From Minisyncoccota bacterium (GTDB lineage: Bacteria; Patescibacteriota; Minisyncoccia; Phycocordibacterales; DATDWN01): DNA of 64,000 bases. Shown in pieces: positions 10,101-19,585 of this stretch. The position numbers were made by a program, and so were the translations under genes. The notes under the pieces are model-generated. The model did no database searches and was not told the DNA's origin. It was given only the letters and a program-made list of their open reading frames with translations. Position 1 is the first letter of the stretch. Every line of letters begins with the position of its first letter. The stretch covers positions 304 through 64,303 of the forward strand of contig DATDWZ010000008.1 in assembly GCA_036517295.1 (NCBI GenBank). The letters run 5' to 3'.

Positions 10101-10170
10101 ACGAACCCCTACAAAGGGGCGCGAAGAATCTATGTTCATACTATATTCATGAAATATAAAGTCAATCAAT

Positions 10171-11667
10171 CTACCTATTTAGCCACTCTTTCTCCTGTCT
10201 GACCAAAAGTCTATTTTTGTCTTCAGGACACATCATTACTTCCTCAACAACTTTTTCCATACGCATAGCCTGTGAACCTTTTACCAAAATCATATCTCCC
10301 GCTTGTAGTATTTTTTGTAATTCCTTGCCCGCCTCAACTGAAGAGTCAACCGAGATTATGTTTGACTGGCCAAAACCGAGATTAATAAGCTCTTCCAAAA
10401 TCTTTTTAGCACGCAAACCGACACATATCACAAATGAAGCTGAATCTTTTATTTGTTCGGCAATCTTTCTGTGTTCATCAGCCGAATATTTGCCAAGTTC
10501 CAACATATCACCAATAATAGCAATTTTTCTACCAGAAGATTTAAGCCGAGACAACACCGACATTGCTTGGAACATTGCAACCGGTGAAGAGTTATAGGAA
10601 TCATCGATTATGATACTATCTTTTAGCCCGGGAATAAAATTCATTCTACCGGGAAGACTTCTGTTTTTATTCAAAGAAGCGGTAATTACTGACGGCTGAA
10701 GTCCGAATTCAAGACCGACGGCAAAGGCCAGGAGGCTTGAGTATTCGTTTTGAACACCTATGGACCCTTGAGATGTTACCCCATAAAGATCTTTTTCCGA
10801 AATAATATCAAAAGACATACCGGTTGGGGTTGTGTATTTTTCATCGTTATAAATGATCTCAAAATCCGAACCGCCAACATCAAAAACCTTTCCTATTCCA
10901 CAAGACACTTTCCTACCTTCCCTATCCTGTAAGAGGTTCACTGTTCGCAAATCGTCAGCATTATAAATTATAACCCCATCTTTCTTCATAGAAGCCATAA
11001 TAGACCTCTGTTCAAACAAAAGAGCTTCAATATCACGGAAGGCCTCTGTATGAACCGGCACCTCACCCATAACAGTCATGACCAAGATGTCTATATTGAG
11101 ATACGATAGTCCTGAAAGATCCCCCGGCTTGTCACCATCGAGTTCGAGAATTAACCATTTTGGGTAGGCGGATTTAATGACTATGATTTTTAGTGCAAAA
11201 AAACCCGCCTGGATCAAATCAAACCAGGTAGTCATACCGTAAGGAGAGCCAATAATGGTAAGCGGTATACCCAATTCAGCGGTAAAACTCTTTTCACTTC
11301 TGCGAACAAAAAACCTCTTGGATAGCACGAGATAAACCGCCTCACGAGTCAGAGTCTTGCCGACACTTCCGGTTATGGCAATAATTTTGGGTTTATATTT
11401 TTTTAACACCAATTTCGCTTCCCACCGAAGAATATTTTTCGCTGTTTTTTTTAGAAAATCCATGTAATATTCAGGTTTTATATTTTCCGAAACCGCATAA
11501 ATCGCTGGTGCAATTTTGCTTATCTCGTCGTTCAAGGAAACAATATCCTTGATGCATAGCCCTCTCGCAAACTCAGGCTTCGCCCTCAGACAATGCTTCG
11601 GGCTTATTTCATCTTCGTCTTTGTTTCCTAAACTCCTGCGAAGTCTCTGAAAACATAAAACCCTCAC
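10171..11667 (-). CDS. murF: UDP-N-acetylmuramoyl-tripeptide--D-alanyl-D-alanine ligase (MurF-type Mur ligase)
   Basis: ITGSVGKTLTRE P-loop. DDSYNSSP motif (MurF-like DDSYNANP). Position at the end of the mraZ-rsmH-ftsL-ftsI cluster. Confidence 0.75.
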   Translation of the reverse strand: MRVLCFQRLRRSLGNKDEDEISPKHCLRAKPEFARGLCIKDIVSLNDEISKIAPAIYAVSENIKPEYYMDFLKKTAKNILRWEAKLVLKKYKPKIIAITGSVGKTLTREAVYLVLSKRFFVRRSEKSFTAELGIPLTIIGSPYGMTTWFDLIQAGFFALKIIVIKSAYPKWLILELDGDKPGDLSGLSYLNIDILVMTVMGEVPVHTEAFRDIEALLFEQRSIMASMKKDGVIIYNADDLRTVNLLQDREGRKVSCGIGKVFDVGGSDFEIIYNDEKYTTPTGMSFDIISEKDLYGVTSQGSIGVQNEYSSLLAFAVGLEFGLQPSVITASLNKNRSLPGRMNFIPGLKDSIIIDDSYNSSPVAMFQAMSVLSRLKSSGRKIAIIGDMLELGKYSADEHRKIAEQIKDSASFVICVGLRAKKILEELINLGFGQSNIISVDSSVEAGKELQKILQAGDMILVKGSQAMRMEKVVEEVMMCPEDKNRLLVRQEKEWLNR

Positions 11668-11679
11668 AAATGTAAAAAC

Positions 11680-13386
11680 TCACCGGTCGGGCGGTACTTC
11701 GTAGTAGTTAATAAGAAAATTTACTATACCCATAAAAGGTGTGGTTAGTGTTTCCGAACCGAACCTGGCACCCTTTGGATTTACAGTATACAACAAGATA
11801 ATAAATTTTGGATTATATGAAGGGAAATAACCGACAAAGGAGTGGAGAATACGATCCTCATAATACCCACCTCCCCTTTCTTTTGCCACCTGAGCCGTAC
11901 CGGTCTTGGCAGCAATACTATAGTTTGGCATACGAAGCATACCTCCCGCCAAAACCTTGTCTACGCTATAGGTAAGCATCCTGGAAAGTTCTTCCGAGGT
12001 CTCCCTTTTTATTACAGGAAAACTTCGTTGGATAGCGGTGTCTTTCGATATGCCTATTTTATAATTTATGGTTTTTACAATATGGGGATTAACTAAAACG
12101 CCACCGTTGGCCACAGCAGCCAAAGCCCGTATCGTGGCTATAGGTGTCAAGGCTATTCCCTGGCCAAAAGAAGCCGTAGCATGATCTATATCTATCGTGC
12201 TGTTTAGGTTGTCGGTCAAATCTTTTGATTCATTCGGTAAGTCGATACCAGTTTTTGTATTTATACCAAAGGCATACATATAATTGGTAAATCTTTTATT
12301 GCCAAGTAGTCTTTGAACATGCGCCGCTCCGACATTGAGAGATTGAGATAAAACATCCTGCATGCTGACTATTCCACGCTCCTTTCCGTCAAAGTTCGAA
12401 ACCTTTTTATTATTTATCATGACGAATCCTCTATCATAATAGGTGGAAGTGGCGGTAATAACCCCGGCATCAATACCCGCAGCTATGGTCAACGGTTTTA
12501 TAATAGATCCCATTTCGTATACATTTTCTACAAGTGGATTTGAGAATATAGAAACTCGTTTTTCCACTTGCGGATTATTCAAATCAAATGTGGGGTAGAC
12601 TTCCATTGCGTATATTTCTCCGGTTCCGGGGTTCATGATAATCCCACCGGTAATATCAGATTGCCATTTTCTGGTCGTACTGGCTAAAATATTTTGCAAA
12701 TAAGCCTGAACAGTTGGCTCAATAGAGGTGACTATGTCAGCCTCACTTCCACCCACATCACTGGCAACCGATTTTATGTCGGAAAAAATCTCCGCAAAAA
12801 AATTAACATAACCACCGTCTTTTCTGACCAGTTCCGACTCGTATTGTCTCTCCAGACCATACCTGCCGGCATATTCGTTTCCTTTAAAACCAAGTATCCC
12901 GATAATATGAGAAGCCGAGTCGCCTCCGGGATAAAACCTCCAGCGTTCTTTATAAGCCTCCAATCCGGGAATCTTCAAATCACTGACTTTCTGACCGAGA
13001 ATACTGTCCACATGTGTAGCTATCTCCTCATACGGGTCACCAAGTTTAGAAGCCTTAACTAAAAAGGCGTCGTGATCAATGGGTATTATTTCATTCAAAG
13101 TCTTATAGACATCTTCCGGATTTTTTAAGATTTCCGGATTGATAGCGATAATAAAACCGGCCTCTAAGGTAGCGGCTGAAACCAAACTCCCATCCTTGTT
13201 CTGAAAAAATATGGTTCCCCTGTCGAAAATCTTGATAGACGAACTGGAATACTGTCTGTCGGCCTTATTTAGATAGAAATCATTATCTACTATTTGTAGT
13301 ACATACAACCTACCAATAAGCAGAAAAGCAAAAATCAAAATACATATTGAAACAAAACGAATCCTACCTGAATAATTGGATTTCAT
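11680..13386 (-). CDS. ftsI: Penicillin-binding protein (FtsI/PBP3-type transpeptidase)
   Basis: N-terminal TM. SIIKPLT (SxxK), SxN and KTGTA motifs. dcw cluster context. Confidence 0.85.
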   Translation of the reverse strand: MKSNYSGRIRFVSICILIFAFLLIGRLYVLQIVDNDFYLNKADRQYSSSSIKIFDRGTIFFQNKDGSLVSAATLEAGFIIAINPEILKNPEDVYKTLNEIIPIDHDAFLVKASKLGDPYEEIATHVDSILGQKVSDLKIPGLEAYKERWRFYPGGDSASHIIGILGFKGNEYAGRYGLERQYESELVRKDGGYVNFFAEIFSDIKSVASDVGGSEADIVTSIEPTVQAYLQNILASTTRKWQSDITGGIIMNPGTGEIYAMEVYPTFDLNNPQVEKRVSIFSNPLVENVYEMGSIIKPLTIAAGIDAGVITATSTYYDRGFVMINNKKVSNFDGKERGIVSMQDVLSQSLNVGAAHVQRLLGNKRFTNYMYAFGINTKTGIDLPNESKDLTDNLNSTIDIDHATASFGQGIALTPIATIRALAAVANGGVLVNPHIVKTINYKIGISKDTAIQRSFPVIKRETSEELSRMLTYSVDKVLAGGMLRMPNYSIAAKTGTAQVAKERGGGYYEDRILHSFVGYFPSYNPKFIILLYTVNPKGARFGSETLTTPFMGIVNFLINYYEVPPDR

Positions 13387-13485
13387 CCCATTAGAGATAC
13401 CAGTAATTTTGGACTACTTGTATTAAAATTATTTAATAACCTTATTCCCTAAAAAGATTTTCAATAAACTGAAATCTCTAACGGG
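13387..13485 (-). repeat. Copy D of ~100-bp leader/MITE-like element (CCCATTAGAG ... CTCTAACGGG) abutting the ftsI start codon
   Basis: Terminal inverted repeats. The element ends exactly at ATG 13386. It shares the flanking GACTTGTCCCGTTAGAG with copy C. Confidence 0.55.
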
Positions 13486-13509
13486 ACAAGTCGACTCTAA
13501 TTCTAACAA

Positions 13510-13821
13510 TTAGTGGTCGCGGTAAGCAATCTTGGTTGATGGATCTCTGGAGATAAAAGATTTATTGGCCGTATCCCTGAAACCGAGGGAATAGGCAAGT
13601 TGAATATTAACGGTATTTCGCTTTGTTATATACAAAAATTCTTTGTTTCCTATATCGAGAGTCAACCTGGAAGCTTCATGTTCAAGGTTTTGACGAATAA
13701 CGACATTACTTATTGTCATCCTGACAAAATACATATAAAAACCAATAAATAAAAATAAAGTACAGAGTAGCATCCAGAATATGTATTTTTCTCTATTAAG
13801 TTGTAGTACTTTTTCAACCAT
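13510..13821 (-). CDS. Small single-TM cell-division protein, FtsL-like
   Basis: 103 aa with one N-proximal TM. Position between rsmH and ftsI. Confidence 0.5.
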   Translation of the reverse strand: MVEKVLQLNREKYIFWMLLCTLFLFIGFYMYFVRMTISNVVIRQNLEHEASRLTLDIGNKEFLYITKRNTVNIQLAYSLGFRDTANKSFISRDPSTKIAYRDH

Positions 13822-13836
13822 TTTATTGTCTTTTAT

Positions 13837-14730
13837 CTATATTTTCTCGATTATTCTCATCTTTGCGCTCCTCGATCTCGGATTTTCCTCTATTTCCACC
13901 TCGGTAGGAATGATCGGTTTTTTTGTAATCCTTTTCCCCCGACCAACCTCCTCCTGTTCTTTGAAAAATTGCTTGACGAACCTGTCTTCGAGGCTGTGGA
14001 AAGAAATTACGGCCAGCCGGCCTTTTGTATTCAAATGTTCAAAACCTTTCTTTACGCCTTCTTTCAAAGCCTCTATCTCGTCATTGACCGTGATTCGGAG
14101 AGCCTGAAATGTTTTCGTGGCTGGATGGATACGACGGGTGTGATAGAACTTTGGAGTAGCGGATTTTATAATCTCAACCAAATCAAATGTAGTCTCAATC
14201 GGTTTCGATTCCCTCCTCTCCACGATGGCCTTTGAAATTTTCCAAGCGAATCTCTCTTCGCCATAGCCTTTGAGAATAGCCTCTATGTTTTCCCTGTCCC
14301 AAGTATTCACAATCTCTCGTGCGGTCAAGTCGCTCTCGGTCAAATCTTTCTTGAAAGACATGATGAGTGATTCGTCTCTTTGAAAAGAGAATCCCCTGCC
14401 CGAGTCTTCGAACTGATTTGACGAGAGACCAATGTCTAGAAGTATCTTGTCAACTTTCGATAGACCTACGGAAGACAGGACTTTGTCTATGTTCCGGAAA
14501 CTTTCCTGTGCGTACGAAATATTGCACTTGATTCCGAACAGTCTCTGTCTTGTCCTCTCGACAGCTTCGGTATCCAAGTCAATTCCAATTATTTTAACGG
14601 AATCACCAAATCTTTTGACCACTTCCAGGGTATGTCCTCCTCCACCTAAGGTCCCGTCAACAAAAACGTCGCCGGGCTGAATCTCTAAACCATCTATTGC
14701 TTCTTGTAAAAGAACTGTCTTGTGAAGCAT
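13837..14730 (-). CDS. rsmH: 16S rRNA (cytosine1402-N4)-methyltransferase RsmH/MraW
   Basis: MLHKTVLLQEAIDGL...VDGTLGGGGH SAM-binding motif. Follows mraZ. Confidence 0.9.
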   Translation of the reverse strand: MLHKTVLLQEAIDGLEIQPGDVFVDGTLGGGGHTLEVVKRFGDSVKIIGIDLDTEAVERTRQRLFGIKCNISYAQESFRNIDKVLSSVGLSKVDKILLDIGLSSNQFEDSGRGFSFQRDESLIMSFKKDLTESDLTAREIVNTWDRENIEAILKGYGEERFAWKISKAIVERRESKPIETTFDLVEIIKSATPKFYHTRRIHPATKTFQALRITVNDEIEALKEGVKKGFEHLNTKGRLAVISFHSLEDRFVKQFFKEQEEVGRGKRITKKPIIPTEVEIEENPRSRSAKMRIIEKI

Positions 14731-14734
14731 GTTT

Positions 14735-15169
14735 TTAGAGGACTCCTACTTGACCAAGTTTCTCGGCCAAAGTATCCGCTTGCTTCTCCACAACCTTTTT
14801 GTATTCAATCCAGGCCTTCTCGTTCCAAATTTCCACACGACTGGAGACTCCTATCACCACCACCTTATTTTTTAGTCCCGCTCTATCGCGAAGAAACTCT
14901 GGAACGAGAATTCGACCAATCGAATCTATTTCCGCCTCAACCGCACTGGAAAACATTAGGCGATTGAAGCTTCGATTGTCCGCCTGGCCAATAGAAGACT
15001 GATTAAGTTTTTCTTCTATCTTCTTCCACTCCACGTGTTTGAAGATCCAGAGACAACTATCCAACCCTTGGGTCACTACTATTTTTTTCCCAAGTTCGGA
15101 ACGAAATTTCGCGGGAAGAGATAGTCTGTTTTTGTCATCTATTGAGTGTGTATACTCTCCGATTAACAT
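14735..15169 (-). CDS. mraZ: Transcriptional regulator MraZ
   Basis: Duplicated DxxxR-containing halves (SIDDKNRLSLPAKFR / IDSIGRILVPEFLR). Confidence 0.9.
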   Translation of the reverse strand: MLIGEYTHSIDDKNRLSLPAKFRSELGKKIVVTQGLDSCLWIFKHVEWKKIEEKLNQSSIGQADNRSFNRLMFSSAVEAEIDSIGRILVPEFLRDRAGLKNKVVVIGVSSRVEIWNEKAWIEYKKVVEKQADTLAEKLGQVGVL

Positions 15170-15289
15170 AAAAAGTGATGCTTATTTTCTCCTAAACCAA
15201 GACTTCGTCTTGGTCGGACGAACAATTTTTTCAAAATTGTTTTAGTCCCACTTCTTCCCACTTGATTCCTATTATATACCACTCTATCC

Positions 15290-15800
15290 CACTGTCTACC
15301 ATAGTTATCCCCCTCCTGTGGATAATTCAAGTATAGGAAAAGACCGAGAATTCTCGGCCTTTGAAAGATGGGAGGGTGGAGTTCTCCCCCGCATGGTACC
15401 TTGAGAAAACATACCAAGGCTCACACCACAGTGGTAAGACGGAACACACTGGTAACCCCGGTCAATCGCAGGGCTCCACCCTCCTACTGCGGAGAATAGC
15501 ATACTACATATAAAAATCAATTAATATAAGAAAGGGACCCGCCATTCGCCGAAGCGACTGCGGGCCCCAGTGGAAGGGCACTTCCTCTCTCTGTCTAGGC
15601 GGACCTGCAGATCCGCCACCCATCGCCCAGAAACTAAACTTCTGAGCGCAGGATTTCAACTGAGCCGTCTCTAACGCTGCACAGCGACCCGCTTTTCGAC
15701 GTCGCTTACGTCGTCACACCACGAATTCCCTGCTCTCGCGGCCCGTCCAGGCCCGCACGCTGGGGTGGCGATTGTGCGCTATGCAAACCGTTTTTATTAG
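15290..15800. ncRNA. GC-rich, highly structured non-coding island (candidate structured RNA; identity unresolved)
   Basis: ~55-60% GC within ~38% GC flanks. An 11-bp long-range pairing, gggagggtggag (15371) with ctccaccctcc (15470), encloses nested hairpins (ccttg...caagg; cagtg...cactg). Many further GC hairpins follow at 15530-15780. No convincing ORF. It lies between lysS and mraZ. Confidence 0.25.
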
Positions 15801-15916
15801 ACTGCCCGCTTCCGTTTGAAATTATAGCATAGTATATATTAGGTGTCAAGTATTTTTGGTATCCCAAAAAAGCCCTTATTTTAAGGACTTTTTAGAGTAA
15901 ACTAAAATAATCATGC

Positions 15917-17812
15917 TTATTTAAACAATTCCAATCCTTTGGTTAATTCATCCACTTCAGACTTTGGACCAAATATAAGGAGCCCAAGAAAATCAATGTC
16001 TTTTACATCCTTCGCTTTCGTCCATTCAACCACTTTGTTATCACTTGTTGTTTCTATCATCTCTTTTGTAAAGTGAGCAATTTCCAATCCCCTTTCTTGG
16101 GCCAAGTCCGATAGTCTCCAGATATCCTCCGAACTTCCGGCGGTCTTTATCATGATTGCGTGTCGGATATTCAATCTTATATTTTTATTGTCTTGAGTTT
16201 TTATGGAATCGAATTTAAAAAGATTATTTTTCGACCGTGCGCCAAAAGCCACACCGAGATGAGCGATGGTATTTGCAACCTTCCAGGGTTCCAGATTCAA
16301 CCCTTTATTTATTATGGCTGTCACGACCCAAGTCGCCTTATCTTTCTTTTTTATTTCCTCCAGAGGTCTCATCAGCGGGAAAGCTTGCAGTTCGCGAAGT
16401 GGTTTATCCGCCAGAAAAGCAAAGAGTCTCTCGCCGAAACCGAACCCACAGGTGGGAGGCATACCGTGTTCCAGCATTTCCACAAATTCATCATCCTGCA
16501 TCATGGCCTCCGTATCGCCGGCATCTATCAACCTCTGTTGAGCCTCAAATCTCTGTTTTTGATCAATCGGATCATTCAACTCGGAATAACCGTTCCCGAC
16601 TTCACTGCCGGCAATAATCGGCTGAAATCTTTGGGCGGTTTTTATATTATCCGGGTTCGCTTTTGACAGTGGTGCAACCAGAGTCGGATGGTTTATGAGA
16701 AAGGCCGGGCCGGAAATCTGCCTACGGCAATATTTCCATAAGGTATCCGTCAGCCTCTCCTTATTGTCTCCTTCATACTTTACACCGAGCTCATCCAATT
16801 TCTTTTTCATATCACCTTCGCTCGCGGTTAACAAATCAATGTTGGTCATTTCTTTCACTTTTGAAACATAGTCTATTTTTTTCCATTCATCGGCCAAATC
16901 GAAAGAGTGTCCGTGAGTGGTAAACTTTGTAGTACCAAAAACTTTTTTGGCAATCTCAATATACATTTCCCGCACCAATTCCATACCATCGTTATAATCG
17001 GCAAAGGACCAGTAAAATTCCATGTTCGTAAATTCTTGAGCGTGCTCGGGAGAAGTCCCCTCATTCCGATATGCCTTTCCTATCTCAAAAGTCTTTGGGA
17101 AGCCACCGGCCATAAGTCTCTTCTGCCACAATTCGCCTATCGATATGCGTAAATAAACATCGAGGTCATAATCGTTGTGGTGTGTTCTGAATGGAGTGGC
17201 CTCCGCGCCTCCAGTGGTGGTTTCAAGAGTCGGGGTCTCAACTTCGAGAAACCCTTTGCTCTTCATAAACTCCCGAGTTACATCCCAGAATTTGGATTTT
17301 TTTACTATCAAATCGCGTAACTCGCCGTTCATTAAAAAATCCAGGTATCGCTTTCTATACCTTTCATCAACATCCTGTAATCCGTGCCATTTTTCCGGTA
17401 ACGGCAGGATGGACTTACAGGCCATGACCCAAGAATTAACTATGATACTTTGTTCGCCTGTTTTAGAAACCGCAGGAACGCCGGTAATAGAAATAAAATC
17501 TCCAACATCGATGGTGTCCGTAAATAAAGAAAAATTATCGACCTTTATTTCATCCTTTTTTACAATAGCCTGAATCCTTTCCGTTCCATCAAAAAGCACG
17601 GCAAAAAGTATGGCCCCCTGGCCACGCAGAGCCATTACTCTTCCGGCTACAGAAACCGGTTTGCCCGATTTACTCCTTGTATCAAATTCGGATTTTAAAA
17701 TAGATATCGGAAAATCTCGTGGGACTTTTGCCGGATATGGGTTTATACCTTTACTTTTCAGTATTTCAAGCTTTTGTAATCGCGCTTGCCTTATTTCTTC
17801 TAGTGAGGCCAT
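15917..17812 (-). CDS. lysS: Lysine--tRNA ligase (class II) with ~140-aa C-terminal PTH2/DUF2000-like domain
   Basis: Class II LysRS core (anticodon-binding OB fold, then motifs through ...GMPPTCGFGFGERL). The C-terminal extension TWVVTAIINKGLNLEPWKVANTIAHLGVAFGA...LLIFGPKSEVDELTKGLELFK resembles the peptidyl-tRNA hydrolase PTH2 fold (VIVVRTDL...AQ..HA ... AIGP...VTG.LKLL). Confidence 0.85.
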   Translation of the reverse strand: MASLEEIRQARLQKLEILKSKGINPYPAKVPRDFPISILKSEFDTRSKSGKPVSVAGRVMALRGQGAILFAVLFDGTERIQAIVKKDEIKVDNFSLFTDTIDVGDFISITGVPAVSKTGEQSIIVNSWVMACKSILPLPEKWHGLQDVDERYRKRYLDFLMNGELRDLIVKKSKFWDVTREFMKSKGFLEVETPTLETTTGGAEATPFRTHHNDYDLDVYLRISIGELWQKRLMAGGFPKTFEIGKAYRNEGTSPEHAQEFTNMEFYWSFADYNDGMELVREMYIEIAKKVFGTTKFTTHGHSFDLADEWKKIDYVSKVKEMTNIDLLTASEGDMKKKLDELGVKYEGDNKERLTDTLWKYCRRQISGPAFLINHPTLVAPLSKANPDNIKTAQRFQPIIAGSEVGNGYSELNDPIDQKQRFEAQQRLIDAGDTEAMMQDDEFVEMLEHGMPPTCGFGFGERLFAFLADKPLRELQAFPLMRPLEEIKKKDKATWVVTAIINKGLNLEPWKVANTIAHLGVAFGARSKNNLFKFDSIKTQDNKNIRLNIRHAIMIKTAGSSEDIWRLSDLAQERGLEIAHFTKEMIETTSDNKVVEWTKAKDVKDIDFLGLLIFGPKSEVDELTKGLELFK

Positions 17813-17825
17813 ATGAATAAATTAT

Positions 17826-17950
17826 AGCATAGACAATTTTCAATTTCTAATTTTAAATTTTCAAACAATTTTCAATGCTTCAATGAATTAAACGGGTTAT
17901 TTTATAAATTAATTCATTAGAAATTGTTTAGAAATTAGAAATTGAAAATT
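17826..17950. repeat. AT-rich palindromic intergenic repeat (core AATTTTCAATTTCTAATTTT; central 10-bp hairpin aatgaattaa/ttaattcatt)
   Basis: Large imperfect palindrome between cfa and lysS. Related motifs occur at 26401-26460, 27080-27140 and 29975-30012. Confidence 0.6.
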
Positions 17951-17955
17951 AGAAA

Positions 17956-19068
17956 TTACCTAATCGATTCGTATCCCCCCACCACACCATCCGGTGACAA
18001 GACTATCTGCCATAGATATATTTTCCTCGCCCGAAAGGCTCCAGCGCATGATAATAGATAATACCTCCACATTCTGTAGAATCTATCGCCATATTTTTGT
18101 GACAGTTCCAACCAGTGGGTATCAAAATTCTTGAACCAAGCGCAAAGGGTCTTGTCATAGTCGGCGCCAAAATTATGCCAATCTTCGATAACAAACTTAT
18201 CTTCAATAGCCCGACTCAACTGGACAAAAGAAGGTAGTTTGCTGTTTGGAAAAATATATTTGTTCATCCAGGCGTCGGTGGCTCGGGTAGTTCTGTTATT
18301 ACCGATGGTGTGCAATAAAAACAACCCGTCGTCTTTCAGACATCTTCGCACCATCTTCATATATATGGAATAATTTTTTATACCGACATGTTCAAACATC
18401 CCGAGAGAAATTATGTGATCGAATTTTTCGTCAACTTCTCTGTAATCCTGCAATCGAATCTCGACGGGTAGTCCTGCACATCTCTCTCGGGCCAGCTCGA
18501 CCTGTTCCTTAGACACCGTTATTCCCACAACACTCACTCCGTATTTTTCTGTGGCGAATTTTGCAAAACTTCCCCATCCGCAACCTATATCCAAAACCCT
18601 CTGACCTTTTTGAAAATTAAGTTTTTTGCAAACCAGATCAAGTTTATTCTCTTGGGCTTCATCCAGATTTTTTGCATTCTTCCAATAAGCACAAGTGTAA
18701 ACCATTCTTTTATCCAACATGATTTCGAACAAATCGTTTCCTATATCATAGTGTTTCTCTCCGATCTCAAAGGCCTTAGCTCTTGCTCCTTGGTTCGTCA
18801 GCAAAGCCTTAAGATAAAGGGATAAATTGGAAAAATTCAGAGAAACCCTTTTTTGTATATCGGTTTTTAGAATGCGATTTATACACTCATCCAGTCCATC
18901 GCAATCCCACCAACCGTCCATGTATGACTCACCAAAAGCCAGAGGGCCACCGGAGATTACTCTTTTATAAAATTTATCGTTATGTACTTTTATATCGAAA
19001 GGCCTATCACCGTTTATTTTTACATCCGCACTTTGGAGAAGTTTTTCTACAAATGAGCGCGAGTTCAT
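17956..19068 (-). CDS. cfa: Cyclopropane-fatty-acyl-phospholipid synthase family SAM-dependent methyltransferase
   Basis: VLDIGCGWGSFAKFA SAM motif. CFA-synthase-like length and C-terminal region. Confidence 0.8.
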   Translation of the reverse strand: MNSRSFVEKLLQSADVKINGDRPFDIKVHNDKFYKRVISGGPLAFGESYMDGWWDCDGLDECINRILKTDIQKRVSLNFSNLSLYLKALLTNQGARAKAFEIGEKHYDIGNDLFEIMLDKRMVYTCAYWKNAKNLDEAQENKLDLVCKKLNFQKGQRVLDIGCGWGSFAKFATEKYGVSVVGITVSKEQVELARERCAGLPVEIRLQDYREVDEKFDHIISLGMFEHVGIKNYSIYMKMVRRCLKDDGLFLLHTIGNNRTTRATDAWMNKYIFPNSKLPSFVQLSRAIEDKFVIEDWHNFGADYDKTLCAWFKNFDTHWLELSQKYGDRFYRMWRYYLLSCAGAFRARKIYLWQIVLSPDGVVGGYESIR

Positions 19069-19077
19069 ATTAAAGTA

Positions 19078-19530
19078 TTACTTTATTTCTAATAATTTAT
19101 AAGTTAATTCACCATTCGGGGCCATGAAAGAAAAGGCTTCTCCTTTTTTCTTGCCGACAATCGCCTGACCAAACGGTGATTTGATAGATATTTTATTATT
19201 GACCGTATCGGCTTCTTCCGAACCAACTATGTTGTAGGTAGCTTTCTTACCATCCCTCTCTACCGTAACAACGGAACCGACATTTACCACTCCGGAGTGA
19301 CCACCGGAAACAATAGTAACGGTCTTTAAAAGGTCCTCCAATTTCATTATCCTGTCTTCAATCGTGGCCTGAACATCTCGCGCTTCGTGATATTCGGCAT
19401 TTTCTTTTAAATCGCCGAGAGATTTTGCATACTCCAAATTTTCTGCCACCTCTTTCCTACGCTTATTTTTAAGCTCCGCCAGTTCCTTTGTAAACTCGTC
19501 AAACTTCTCTTTGGTCAAATATTCAGCCAT
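19078..19530 (-). CDS. greA: Transcription elongation factor GreA
   Basis: N-terminal coiled coil (KLEDLL) and C-terminal FKBP-like domain. Confidence 0.9.
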   Translation of the reverse strand: MAEYLTKEKFDEFTKELAELKNKRRKEVAENLEYAKSLGDLKENAEYHEARDVQATIEDRIMKLEDLLKTVTIVSGGHSGVVNVGSVVTVERDGKKATYNIVGSEEADTVNNKISIKSPFGQAIVGKKKGEAFSFMAPNGELTYKLLEIK

Positions 19531-19585
19531 ATTTTTTTGTTAAATAATTGCCAAAAGTTTAGCAAAAAAACAGCTCCAGGTCAAC

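Noticed and set aside
15290-15520. Assignment of the GC-rich structured region as bona fide RNase P RNA
   Set aside because: Only loose resemblance to the P4 strands. The candidate P4 halves are about 110 nt apart, far too close. The P10-P12 cruciform and the GGUAAGAGCGCACC region are not in canonical order. Kept only as an unidentified structured-RNA candidate.
16160-16666. Plus-strand ORFs 16160-16666, 16237-16617, 16266-16541 inside lysS
   Set aside because: Antisense to a well-supported aaRS gene. No SD and no homology signal.
17820-17955. Possible CRISPR array suggested by repeated AT-rich units
   Set aside because: Repeat units are irregular in length and spacing. They form an imperfect palindrome rather than repeat-spacer-repeat. 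No cas genes in the window.
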